Assembly: GCA_038087875.1 (NCBI GenBank)
Contig: CM075997.1
Span: forward strand, 5,830,001-5,894,000
DNA: 64,000 nucleotides
DNA from: Malacoraja senta
Taxonomy: Eukaryota
Direction: 5' to 3'
Below are positions 37,413-50,400 of this stretch, piece by piece (position 1 is the first letter of the stretch; each line of letters opens with the position of its first letter). Below the pieces are notes generated by a model. It had not been told where the DNA came from, searched no databases, and saw only the letters and a program-made list of their open reading frames with translations. Both the position numbers and the translations under genes were made by a program.

Positions 37413-39082
37413 GTATCAGAGCTAATACAGTTGAGATTTTACATCCGCTGACTACAAATGACCAATACACTGTTTCTTTTTTGTAAACAAATGTAAATTA
37501 TGAATTTTCATTATCACTTTATTTTACTAATATGGAGAAATATTTTACGAATTAAATCTGGAATTGTTTTTTCTATTCTCATTGCTCTATTTGCAAATTT
37601 TATATCAGATGGCATAGGCCTTTTTACATTAACTTTGATTAGTAACAAAAACGACATAACAATTCCGATGAAATTTAATCAACTAAAAGATTCAAAAATA
37701 ATATCTGAATGGTGTGTAGAATTTGCTTATTTTTCACTGTTTTAAAAAAAACTATTCAGCAACTTTGTAAATCTACAGTTCAAAATTGATGAATTCCGTT
37801 GACATTTTTTGTATAATATATGCAGATCTGGCCATTTCTTTGCTAACTGTCTTGTCAACTATAAGCCGTTAGTTAGACACGAGGAACTGTAAATACTGGT
37901 TGACAAAAAAATGCTGGTTGGCGTATCTCAGCATGTCGACAAGATCTCTGGAGAAGATGGGTAGGCGATGTTTCCGGTTGGGTGTCTTCTTCAAACTAAC
38001 TGTTTAGTCATAAAGCATGGAAACAGGCACATCACCTTAACTTGCCCATGTCAACCAAGATGCCCCATCAACACTAGTCCCACATGCATGCATTTGTCCC
38101 ATTTCCCACTAAACCTTTCCTATCCATGTACCTATCCAAGTATATTTTGAATTGTTGTTACAGTACCTACCTCGACTACCTTCTCAACTAAGATCACCCT
38201 CATAGTTTTGCACTCCAAGGAATAAATTCCCAGCCTGCCAAACTCATAGTCATACAGCATGGAAACAGGCCCTTTGGCCCAATTTGCCCATGCCGACCAA
38301 GATGTCCCATCTACATTAGTGCAACCGGCCTGCGTTTGGCCCATATCCTAACCTTTCCTATCCATGTACCTGTCAGAATATCTTTTAAATGTTGTGCTAC
38401 ACCTACCTTCACTACCTCTTCTGGCAGCTTGTTCCATACACCAGCCACCCTTGTTACCCCTTAGGTTCCTATTAACTTTCCCTATAGCTCAGGCCCTCAA
38501 GTCCTGGAAACACCCATGTAAATATTCTCTGCACTCTTTCAAGCTTATCAACATCTTTCCTATAACAGGGTGACCAAAACTGAGCACAATACTCCAAATT
38601 TGGTGCTAGCAACATCTTGTACAACTATACCATAACATCTCAACTTCTATGTAGACATGTTATATTGCACTGCCCTCTTCAATCATCTTGATCACCTCTT
38701 CAGAAGCCTGCCAAATGTGAGACATGATTTCCCATCTACAAAGCCATGGTGACTATCCCTCATTTTGTTTTTGACTGATTTTATGTAGGATTGTTCATAT
38801 TTTCTTATCACAGTGTGCATCATTTTAAAACATTTCCCAATCATGCAGTTTTTTTTCATTTTATGTCATTGTACTTTAAAACATTTGGTAAGACAAGTTG
38901 TGAATGGTATTGGTCCTCACTTATGAGGAGTATTTGGTACTTACTGCCTACGTATTATAACAATAAATGAATAGGCTTGTTTCTAATTAAGTATAGAATT
39001 TGCATATAGTGTAAGACGCTATTCTAATTTTTGACAAGTTCAAGGTGCTGTGTACTGTTAAAATCTTTTGCTGTACCTACAG

Positions 39083-39245
39083 TATGAAGCGCAGTAATTG
39101 TTACTTGGTCTGGGGAGGTGAATTTAGTAACAGCTCACAACCGAGCCGGAGTAATGTCGACCTGGAGATTGGGTGTCTTGTTGATTTGGCGACTGGCCTC
39201 ATGACTTTCTCAGCAAATGGAAAAGACATTAACACCTACTACCAG
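39083..39245 (+). CDS. RYR1: Ryanodine receptor exon ([14 protein letters not shown]...[29 protein letters not shown])
   Basis: ctacag acceptor, gtactt donor; 163 nt, phase 2 to 0. Confidence 0.96.
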
Positions 39246-39405
39246 GTACTTTCCATAACTTGTTAACAATAAATAAGAAAATTAATTTCAGTATTTTACT
39301 CAGAGCAGGAAATGCATGAATGGAAACATTGGGGCAGAAGCAGGTAAGTGGAGGTCACTGACTATTCGGCTTGCACATATATCCACCTTTCCTGCAATGC
39401 CTTTA

Positions 39406-39860
39406 GGGCGTGTCCCACTTGGCCGTCATTTGCGCGCCATTTTCGCGACCTCCAAAAATGTGGTTGCCGCGTTGTGACGCACGGGTAGCGTGTGGGTAGC
39501 GCGGAACGGGCGCATGGAGAGGCGTGGAGGAGTGTGGAGTTGCGCGCTGTATCTCGCGGCACTCCAGGATTCCGTGCTGTACGAAATCCTTGCTCGCCAC
39601 CTGCGTGGCGTATCGCGTACGCACGCTGACGCATTGGGTACGCACGCTGACACATTGGCGTCGCACACTGGCGTCCCGACGTCTCACGTGTATCGCGTCA
39701 CCGTGCGTAACCATGGGTCGCCGCTGGCCGCAAGGTATTCTGATGACGTCACGCGCACCAGATGGCATGATGACACCTGATTTGCGCGCAACGTCACTTT
39801 GACCTATTTTACATATGACTCGTAAATGAGGCGCAAATGACGGCCAAGTGGGACAGGCCC
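39406..39860. mobile_element. PIF/Harbinger-like MITE, CpG-rich
   Basis: TIR gggcgtgtcccacttggccgtcatttgcgc vs gcgcaaatgacggccaagtgggacaggccc; TTA on the left, TTT on the right. Confidence 0.85.
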
Positions 39861-40235
39861 TTTTGTTTTATGCCTTTGTCTGTCTAAAACGTGAGCTGAT
39901 GCAGGTTGTGACCTGAAAAGTCGACCATCCCACTGCCTCTTCAGATGCTCCCTGACCCACTGTTCCTCAATCAGTTTGTGTTTTGCACCAGATTATCATG
40001 TCTACAGTCTCTTGCCTTTAGCTAAAATTTATTTATCTGTAACATAAAATTGTTAGTTTTTATGGGAAGAGTACTGCAGTTTTTAATCCTTTTTAAGCAA
40101 GTCTTGTCTTTTGAATGGCATAATTATAATTTCTCATTTCCTTTCCTTTGCCTTAGTGTCCCGCATGATTAGAATTATTTATTTCTGTATGCCCTATCAA
40201 TTGCTTTCAATTTTATAATTACATTATATTACACG

Positions 40236-40740
40236 GAGGCGTGCCAGAGACCCGGGTTCAATCCTAACTATGGGTGCTATCTGTACGGAGTTTGTACGTT
40301 CTCCCTGTTACCTACGTGGGTTTTCTCCAGATCTTCGGTTTCCTTCCTTAGAACGGAGACGAGGAAACACTTTTTCTCACAGAGAGTGGTGAGTCTGCGG
40401 AATTCTCTGCCTCAGAGGGCGTTGGAGGCTGGTTCTCTGGATGCTTTCAAGAGAGAGCTAGATTGGGCTCTTAAAAATAGCGGAGTCAGGGTATATGGGG
40501 AGAAGGCAGGAACGGGGTACTGATTGGGGATGATCAGCCATGATCACATTGAATGGCCTACTCCTGCACCTATTGTCTATTGTCTCCCACACTCCAAAAA
40601 CATACAGGTTTGCAGGTTAAATGGCTTGGTATAAATGTAAAATTGTCCCTAGTGTGTGTATGGTAGTGTATTCAGGGATCAGTGCGGACTTGGTGGGCCG
40701 GCCTGAAGGGCCTGTTTCCATGCTGTATCGCTAAACTAAA
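40236..40740 (+). mobile_element. HE1-like SINE interrupted by a CR1 3' fragment (about 40345-40585)
   Basis: B-box gggttcaatcc and core tgtacggagtttgtacgttctcc as at 46181; inserted CR1 tail ctattgtctattgtct. Confidence 0.8.
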
Positions 40741-41110
40741 AAAGTATTCAAATCATCTTTTGTATTCCACGGTTTCTATTTATATCAAGTTTTTGAATTG
40801 TTCGTCCCCTTGTTAACATTCTGGACAGTCTGCACTGCACTTCCTTTCGAGACCACTGTAGGATCACTAAATTCTCAATGATTTGTCGAGTGCAGTTGTA
40901 GCATTTAAACATTTTTATTTGGGCGCAATTGTTATACGGTATCAGAGCAAAGCATTAAAAGATCTTAACCGACCTTAACTAGAAAATTAATATATTATAA
41001 TGAACAAAACATAAAACTATGGAATTACAACTAAAACACTGAAGAATGAACAGAACTTACAGACATATATATATATATATATACACACACATATACATAT
41101 ATATTATATA

Positions 41111-44100
41111 CTAGACCAAGAGCAGACCCGTTGGGTCTGGACCCCGAACGTGCTTCAGACCCCGGGGTCTGGTTCCCGAACGTGCTTCTGGACGGCCGTA
41201 CGCAGCGTCTCGACGTTGTACGCAGCATTATTGACGTCGTACGCAGCGTCTTGACGGCGTATGCAGCGTGTTGATGGCGTAGGCGGCATACGCCGTCATG
41301 ACGCTGCGTACGACGTCGAGATGCTGCGTACGCCCTCAATGGGGCTGCGGGCTGACAGGCTGTTGACGCGCCGGCTCTGTCTTGCTGGCTGAAGGCAAAG
41401 ATGGGTTGTTCCGCCCATCTCTGGGAAAATCGCCAGCGACAAGAAAAAAAAATGGCGCCGTTTTTGGAGCAGAGTGGGGGGGGGGGAGGGGGATGGATTT
41501 TATTTTAAAATGTGTACATAAAAAAGTCTAAATCTAATAACCATATAACCATATAACAATTACAGCACGGAAACAGGCCATCTCGACCCTTCTAGTCCGT
41601 GCCGAACACGTATTCTCCCCTAGTCCCATATACCTGCGCTCAGACCATAACCCTCCATTCCTTTCCCGTCCATATAACTATCCAATTTATTTTTAAATGA
41701 TAAAAACGAACCTGCCTCCACCACCTTCACTGGAAGCTCATTCCACACAGCCACCACTCTCTGAGTAAAGAAGTTCCCCCTCATGTTACCCCTAAACTTC
41801 TGTTCCTTAATTCTCAAGTCATGTCCCCTTGTTTGAATCTTCCCTACTCTCAATGGGAAAAGCTTATCCACGTCAACTTTGTCTATCCCTCTCATCATTT
41901 TAAAGACCTCTATCAAGTCCCCCCTTAACCTTCTGCGCTTCAAAGAATAAAGCCCTAACTTGTTCAACCTTTCTCTGTAACTTAGTTGTTGAAACCCAGG
42001 CAACATTCTATTAAATCTCCTCTGTACTCTCTCTAATTTGTTGACATCCTTCCTATAATTAGGCGACCAAAATTGTACACCATACTCCAGAATTGGCCTC
42101 ACCAATGCCTTATACAATTTTAACATTACATCCCAACTTCTATACTCAATGCTCTGATTTATAAAAGCCAGCACACCAAAAGCTTTCTTTACCACCCTAT
42201 CTACATGAGATTCCACTTTCAGGGAACTGTGCACAGTTATTCCAAGATCCCTCTGTTCACCTGCATTCTTCAATTCCCTACCATTTACCATGTACGTCCT
42301 GTTTTGATTTGTCCTGCCAAGATGTAGCACCTCACACTTATCAGCATTAAACTCCATCTGCCATCTTTCAGCCCACTCTTCCAACCGGCATAAATCTCTC
42401 TGTAGACTTTGAAAATCTACTTCATTATCCACAGCCCCACCTATCTTAGTATCATCTGCATACTTACTAATCCAATTTACCACACCATCATCCAGATCAT
42501 TGATGTACATGACAAACAACAGTGGACCCAACACAGATCCCTGTGGCACCCCACTAGTCACTGGCCTCCAACCTGACAAACAACCATCCACCATTACTCT
42601 CTGGCATCTCCCATTCAGCCACTGTTGAATCCATCTTGCTACTCCACCATTAATACCCAACCATTGAACCTTCTTAACCAACCTTCCGTGAGGAACCTTG
42701 TCAAAGGCCTTACTGAAGTCCATATATACAACATCCACAGCTTTACCCTCATCAATTTCCCGAGTAACCTCTTCAAAAAATTCAAGAAGATTAGTCAAAC
42801 ATGACCTTCCAGGCACAAATCCATGTTGACTGTTCCTAATCAGCCCCTGTTTATGCAGATGCTTATATATATTATCTCTAAGTATCCTTTCCATTAATTT
42901 GCCCACCACTGACGTCAAACTAACAGGTCTATAATTGCTAGGTTTACTCTTAGACCCCTTTTTAAACAATGGAACAACATGCGCAGTACGCCAATCCTCC
43001 GGCACTATTGCTGTTTCCAATGACATTTGAAATATTTCTGTCATAGCCCCTGCTATTTCTACACTAACTTCCCTCAATGTCCTAGGGAATATCCTGTCTG
43101 GACCTGGAGACTTATCCACTTTTATATTTCTCAAAAGTGTCAGTACTTCCTCTTCTTTGAATCTCATAGTTTCCATAGCTACTCTACTTGTTTCCCTTAC
43201 CTCACATAATTCAATATCCTTCTCGTTGGTGAATACCGAAGAAAAGAAATTGTTCAATATCTCCCCCATCTCTTTTGGCTCTGCAGATAGCTGTCCACTC
43301 TGACTCTCTAATGGACCAATTTTATCCCTCGTTATCCTTTTGCTATTAATATAGCTGTAGAAACCCTTTGGATTTACTTTCACCTTACTTGCCAAAGCAA
43401 CCTCATATCTTCTTTTAGCTTTTCTAATTTCTTTCTTAAGACACTTTTTACATTTTTTATACTCCTCAAGCACCTCATTTACTCCATGCTGCCTATAATT
43501 ATTGTAGATCTCTCTCTTTTTCCGAACTAAGTGTCCAATTTCCCTTGAAAACCATGGCTCTTTCCAATTTTTACTATTTCCTTTCAACCGAACAGGGACA
43601 TAAAGATTCTGTACTCTTAAAATTTCACCTTTAAATGTCCTCCATTTCTCTTCCACATCTTTCCCATAAAACAAACTGTCCCAATTTACTCCTTTTAAAT
43701 CCTTTCGCATCTCCTCAAAGTTAGCCTTTCTCCAATCAAAAATCTCAACCCTAGGTCCAGTTCTGACCCTCTCCATAATTATATTGAAACTAATGGTATT
43801 GTGATCACTGGTCCCGAACTGTTCCCCAACGCATACCTCTGCCACCTGACCCGTCTCATTTCCTAACAGGAGGTCCAGCACCGCCCCTTCTCTAGTAGGT
43901 ACTTCTATGTATTGCTGCAAAAAACTATCCTGCACACATTTTACAAACTCCAACCCATCCAGCCCATTTACAGAATGTGTTTCCCAGTCTATGTTTGGAA
44001 AATTGAAATCTCCCACAATCACTACCTTGTGCTTACTACTAATATCTGCAATCTCCTTACATATTTTCTCCTCCAATTCTCGCTCCCCATTTGGCGGTCT

Positions 44101-44439
44101 ATAATACACCCCTATAAGTGTTGCTACCCCTTTCCCATTTCTCAGTTCCACCCAAATAGCCTCCCTAGAAGAGCCCTCTAATCTATCCTGCCAAAGCACT
44201 GCTGTAATATCTTCCCTGATAAGCAATGCAACACCTCCACCTCTTGCCCCTCCAATTCTATCACACCTGAAGCAACGAAATCCTGGAATATTTAGTTTCC
44301 AGTGTGTTAGGGTATGTAAAAGTGTAATGTCTAGCGAAATGGAAAAAATCGCGGAGTTTTCGAGTGTGGTTTTGGCGGAGCAAGGAATCAAAGGCGCAAA
44401 TCTGACACAAACACACACAGAGTTTTAATAGTATATAGA
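41111..44439 (-). mobile_element. Non-autonomous Helitron-like element containing a CR1 insertion
   Basis: Minus strand 5' TCTATATACTATTAAAACTC and 3' GACCCAACGGGTC hairpin-tgctcttggt-CTAG; A and T flanks in TA-rich DNA. Confidence 0.8.
41539..44302 (-). mobile_element. Young CR1 LINE, 5'-truncated inside the endonuclease, ORF2 uninterrupted to the stop at 41620
   Basis: About 890 open codons with [41 protein letters not shown]; (ttatatgg)n tail. Confidence 0.97.
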
Positions 44440-45483
44440 TAGATATACATATAGGATGATTAGAATCATCAATCATCTAATCATGCAATCATGGTACAAT
44501 CATGAAGGGATAATTGTACCATGAAGGGATTATTGTTCATTCTATCCAAGCTTTTGTCAGTTGTAACCTTGAGTTCACAAGCTGTTCTTTGTCACTGTGT
44601 TCAGCAGACTTGTTTTCAAGCAGTTAACATTTTTTTTAATGAACTAGCCCCATCAATTCTCTGCTAATCCCTACAATCAGTATATTCTTTCTAAAGTGGA
44701 GGTCCAGAGCTTCACAATGTTCCATAATTGGTCTACCTGGGGTGCGTGTAGATATATCAACATTTCCACTGCATGTTCTTATTAATTTGTGCTCTTTGTT
44801 TGTATGTCGAACAACATTTCAGTCATGTTCATCAGTCAGTGCATTGCTTTGGACATCTACAGTTGAATTTATTGCATTTTTGTTTATTATCTATGTGCAT
44901 TATGTTTACAGGCCTGTTATGCTGCAGCGAGTAAGAATTTCATTGTTCCGTTGTCAGTAATTGATGGTTGTAGGAAAGTAGCTGTTCCTGACAGTGTGAG
45001 ACTTCATACTTGTTGACCTTCTGCCCGATGGCAGTAGAGGCTAGATAACATGGCCTGAATAGTGGAGATCCTTGGTGATAGAAACCACCTTTTCGAGATA
45101 GCGCCTGATATAGATGCTTTGGGTGCCAGGGAGTACTGGGTGGACCACTCTCTGTCGCTTCCTGCATTCCTGTGAGTTGGAATTGCTGTACTCATATAGG
45201 ATTCTTTCGACTGCATCGGAGTATTCAATGATATGCTATAGGAGTTGTACTCTTTTTGAAGAATCAACACTCCTGGGCAGATTATGATTGAATTTTAATA
45301 TTATTTGTCACAGTCTCCTAGGATAATTCCATACACTGCTTAATCCAAGCACATTTGCATTACATCATAACCTATCTACATAAAAGTTAGAAACTTAATG
45401 TTGAAAGATTTATTCTGATTTGTCAGACATCAGTTGCATTAACTTTTAAAGTCATTTGCCCTTCTTTACATTTTATTTTTAAG

Positions 45484-45570
45484 GTTGAACCAAATAAGAA
45501 GTTATTCCCTGCCGTCTTTGTGCAGCCTTCTAGTCAGAATATGTGCCAGTTTGAACTTGGAAAGCTGAAG
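45484..45570 (+). CDS. RYR1: Ryanodine receptor exon (VEPNKKLFPAVFVQPSSQNMCQFELGKLK)
   Basis: tttttaag acceptor, gtaaat donor; 87 nt, phase 0 to 0; absent from the ORF track. Confidence 0.95.
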
Positions 45571-46180
45571 GTAAATCCCACATTGTGATATGGGTCATGT
45601 TTGGAAACTGTGCATTGAATTCTTAATGCAATTTTTAAAATTGATATTCAATAAATCCTATTTTAGTGTCTTGTGCTTAATGTTAACATTCATTTTTTTT
45701 AAATGTTTAATAATGTTAATCTGCTATGTAAACAAATTGTGATAGAATAATACTATGCCTGTACCTTAGAATGCAAAGATATAATAAGTGAGTGGCCTTC
45801 CAGTTAAACTTTAAAATGAACCGTTGAGAGCAAAGATTTTGGTGCATCTCATTTCCTCACTCAACTTTTACAAAGTTCAGCAAAGAAAATGGGATTGCAA
45901 TTGAATCTCTCAAATGTTTTATTGCAAGGATACGTAAATTATGCAAAAGAAAAATATAACAAACATATATATTAGTATTCGATAGGATGCATTCATGTTC
46001 CAGGAATGTTTTCATCTTGGTTTCTTTTGTAGAAATTATAGTAACTTTAATAGTGAACAGTTTTAAAACATCTAAGATCGATTTTCCTTATTACATACAA
46101 TTTATAGTGCTGAGGAGCCAGACTAGCTCAGAAGAATATATTTTAAACCACATTTGTGTGTTGATGAATAACAACTCACG

Positions 46181-46490
46181 GGCAGTCACGGTGGCGCAGC
46201 GGTAGAGTTACTGCTTTACAGCGAATGCAGAGCCAGAGACCTGGGTTCGATCCCGATTACGGGTGCTGTCTGTACGGAGTTTGTACGTTCTTCCTGTGAC
46301 CTGCGTGGGTTTTCTCCGAGATCTTGGGTTTCCTCCCATATTCCAAAGACGTACATGTCTGTTGGTTAATTGGCTTGGTAAATGTAAAAATTGTCCCTAG
46401 TGGGTGTAGGATAGTGTTAATGTGCGGGGATCACTGGTCGGCACGGATCCGGTGGGCTGAAGGTCCTGTTTCCATGCTGTATCTCTAAAG
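46181..46490 (+). mobile_element. tRNA-derived SINE (HE1/V-SINE-like)
   Basis: A box tggcgcagcgg, B box ggttcgatccc, conserved core, CR1-type tail gggctgaagg.cctgtttccatgctgtatctct. Confidence 0.88.
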
Positions 46491-47433
46491 ACAAAAACTT
46501 TCCTGGATAACTAGACTGTGATCCCATCTGAATATCTTCATTGCCCATTGAATCCTCATTGCCCCCTGCGCATCACGGCCTTCCTCCCGCACCTATTGTT
46601 GCAACAATACTGGAACAGCTTGGTTAGAGACATGGCTACTTCTGCAGTCTAAGTCCTTAGTTGTCGGCTCTAAAGCTTTTGCTATATCCATTGCAGTCGC
46701 CATTTCTTGAGATCACGCAAATTAAATCAAAATGGCTGATGTCTGGCTTATAGAATTATTGACCACGGAAAAAGGCTCTTCGGCCAAACCCGTCCACGCC
46801 GACCAACGTGTCTTCCTGACCTGGTCCCGTTTATCTGCATTTGGCACGTATCTCTCTAAACATTGCCATTTAAATGTTATAATTGTATCTACCTCTACCA
46901 CTTCCCCTTCTATTATAGAATTGTACAGCATAGAAACGTTTCCTGTGGCTTTCAACATCCATGCTAACATTTTTCCCCAGCTATATTAATCCCATTCACC
47001 CATACTAGGTCCGTGCCTTGCCTATCTAGGTGCCTGTCTAAATATCTCTTAAGCATAATTGATTCTATCAGACACCACCAGCTCCTCTTCTTTAGAGATA
47101 TCAACCACTCTGTAAAAAATAAATTCCTCTTATATCTCCTTTAAAACTCCTTCCTGTCTCCTGAGACCTAGGCCTTCTTGTTTTTAATATCTGTACCATG
47201 GAAAATAGATTATTACTATATATCCTATTGATACTTAGAATTCTACATATCACTATCAGTCATTGCTCAGCATCCATTACTCCAAGAAAAACAAACCCAG
47301 CCTTTCAATTTGTCCCCATAACTAAAATCCTCCAATTCAGCGACATCTCCTCTGCAATCTCTTGAAGTATCGTGTCTCTATATTTGTAACGAAAATGCAC
47401 ACAATACTTCAAGTCTTTTGTAAATTTGCAAAA

Positions 47434-50400
47434 TCTATATATCTATATCATATATTATCATATGAGATACGTATTAAAATCTGATCTTATATGTGGATTT
47501 GTATGCGTGTGTATAATCACATCTTCTCGAAAAAACGACAGGGTAACGGTAACATTTGTACATATTCCGGTAGACATTTTTCCCGTGGAGTCCAAAATCG
47601 CCTTATCTGACAATTTAATGCATTATTTCTCGAGTTATCACTGAAAATGTTCAAAAATCTGACAAAACTTTGAATTTAAAAACGACTGTCTTTCGCTGAT
47701 GATGTCACAATGGGTCTGCGTGCCGTCTTCCTCACGATGCGAGTGATGTTAATATAATATCAAGTGGGGTGGTTAGTGTGTGTGTGTGTGTGTGTGTGTT
47801 GGGGGGGGGGTGGTTAGTGTGTGTGTGCGACGCCGCAGGCCGCCCCACCCCCCACCCCCCCACAACGTGTCCCACGTGGTCTAGTAACTATTAAAAGTCT
47901 TATCTTGCATGTGTGTGTATTTGTGTGTGGGTGTGTGTTTGTGTATACTCACATTTTCGCGTAAAAATGACGCGGTAACGGGAACATTTTTACATATTCC
48001 GGTAGACATTTTTCCCGTGGAGTCCAAAACTACTTATCTGAAAATGTCATCCTTTATTTCTCGAGTCATTATTGAAAATGTTCAAAAATCGGATAAAACT
48101 TTAAATTAAAAAAAGACTGTCTTTCGCTGATGATGTCACAATGGGTCTGCGTGCCATCACCCCACCACCCCTCCCTCTTCCCCTCACCCTCCCCCTCCCC
48201 TCTCCCCCGTTATTTTAAAGATGCAGCTGGAGATGAAGTCGGGCCTTGGACTGAAGCCGCCAAACTCGCAGTCCTTTGGTCGCCCACCGCTCTCTCTCTG
48301 CTCCCCTCGCTTCATCTCTGCCCCCCCCGCTCCATCTCGGCCCCCCCAAAACTCTCTCTCTGCCCCCTCTGTTTCTGCCCTCTGTCTCTGCCCTCTGTTT
48401 CTGCCCTCTGTCTCTGCCCTCTGTCTCCGCCCTTTGTCTCTGCCCTCTGTCTCTGCCCTCTGTCTCTGCCCTCTGTCTCTGCCCTCTGTCTCTGCCCTCT
48501 GTCTCTGCCCTCCCTCTGCCTCTGCCCTCTCTGCTTCTGCCCCTGCCCTCCCTCTGCCACTGCCCTCTCTCTGCCTCTGCCCCTGCCCTCTCTCTGCCTC
48601 TGCCCCTGCCCTCCCTCTGCCCCTGCTCTCTCTCTGCGTCTGCCCCTGCCTCCCTCTGTCTCTGCCCTCCCTCTGCCTCTGCCCTCCCTCTGCCACTGCC
48701 CTCCCACTGTCCCTGTCCTCCCTTTGCCCCTGCCCTCTCTCTGCCTGTCCCTGCCCTCTCTCTGCCTCAGCCCCTGCCCTCTCTCTGCCTCTGCCCCTGC
48801 CCCTGCCCTCTCTCTGTCCCTGCCCTCTCTCTGCCCCTGCCCTCTCTCTGCACCTGCCCTCTCTCTGCCCCTGCCCCCCTCCATCTCCCTCTCTAGCCGA
48901 GCCTGGAAGTTGGGGGCTATGCGTGAGTGGATAGGGTGGGGGATGGGGTAAAAGGAGCAAATTAATAATATTAATATAATAACAAGGGGTGTGGTTAGTG
49001 TGTGTGTGTGAGGTGTGGTTAGTGTGTGTGTAATGCTGCAGGCCGCCCCCCCCCCCCACACTGGAACCGCGCGTTGAGAGGACAGGCCCACTTGGTCTAG
49101 TATTTAAAAAAAGTCTGATCTTATTTGTGTGTGTGTTTATTTGTTTGTGTGTTATGTGTGCTGTGTGGTGGCGCCATTGAGTGTGGCAGCCTCGCCAGCA
49201 GCTGTCTGTCCTTTCATCCTTTTTGTTTTTTTAGTCTGTCTAAATGCTTGTTTTTGGAGGTCTTTTAGTCTTTTTTATGTGGGGGGTGGGGGGGAAGGGG
49301 TAAATCGTTTTTCTCAGTCACTACCTGGTCGAGGTTGCGTCTTTCCTCCGAGCCGCATCTTCGCACCCTCCTTGCGGCCTACCATCTGGATTGGCGCGGC
49401 CTTTCCTGCCGGAGATCGGCCAGAGCTTCAGCTTCAGCAACGGCGCAGCACTGAATTACCATCGTGGAGTGGGCGATGCCTTACCGGGATCGCCCTGTTG
49501 GAGCTCCGGGGGCCTGCCGACTTTAACACCGTGGAGCTGTGGTCTGCGGAGCTTCCAGCCGCGGGCGGCTCTGACTTCAACATCGCGAAGGCCTGGGATC
49601 CTTACTAGGGTCGCCAGCGTTGAATCTTCTCCCAGCTCGGCCTGTTGACTTCGGGAGCCGTGGTCTCCGGTAGGAAGCGGCCGTTTCGGAAACTCCATGC
49701 CACTGAGAATGTTCATCCGTTCCGACGCCGCATCTCCATCATCCCGGCGAGAGGGCCTGAAACATCGGGCCGCCATTGCGGCGACTGCGGAGGCCTCAAT
49801 AGGCCCCGACCATGGGTGAAGAAGAGGAAGAGGACTGAACTTTGTTGCTTTCCCTCACAGTGGGAAATGTTGATTCCGCTGTGGGGGGATGTTTCTTTTT
49901 TTTGTGGTTAAATTCTATAGTGTTGTGTTTATCTTATTTGTGTGCTGCATGGTAACTCTAATTTCACTGCACCAATTGGTGTATGTGACAATAAATGTCC
50001 TTTGTAATACATATTTGCGAAATATCTACACGGTAACGATAAATTTTTTACATATTCCGGTTGACATTTTTCCCATGGAGTCCGAAGCTACTTATCTGAA
50101 AATGTCATGCTTTATTTCTCGACATTACTGATTGGCTGATGACGTCACAATGGGTCTGCTCTGCGCCGTTGTTCCACGCGCTGCAAGTCAACCCCCGACC
50201 CCTACCCCCCTCCGATTCTTCAAAAGACGCAGAAAGAACGAGCAAGTCGGGTCCTGTACTTGCCCCCTCGCTCGGGGTCCTCGGGTCGGTGCATGGTGGG
50301 GAGGTTGCTGCCGCAGGCCGAGCCTGGCGACTGGACCTGGGCTGGAGCAGAGCCTGGAGCTGGAGTGAGGGAGTATTGCGTCGGGAACCAGCCATCTCCT

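Noticed and set aside
39406..39860. CpG island or internal promoter
   Set aside because: CpG richness is confined within MITE TIRs and is better explained by a young insertion.
41620..44418. 932-aa ORF as a domesticated host gene
   Set aside because: No ATG at the start, truncated endonuclease, intact LINE tail and a near-identical decayed copy nearby.
46181..46260. tRNA gene
   Set aside because: A and B boxes lead into a SINE core and LINE-type tail; a second copy lies at 40236.
48130..49091. Long Pro/Leu/Cys-rich and Arg/Gly-rich ORFs (also at 50139-52447 and 34550-34997)
   Set aside because: Open in several frames because the simple repeats lack stop codons.
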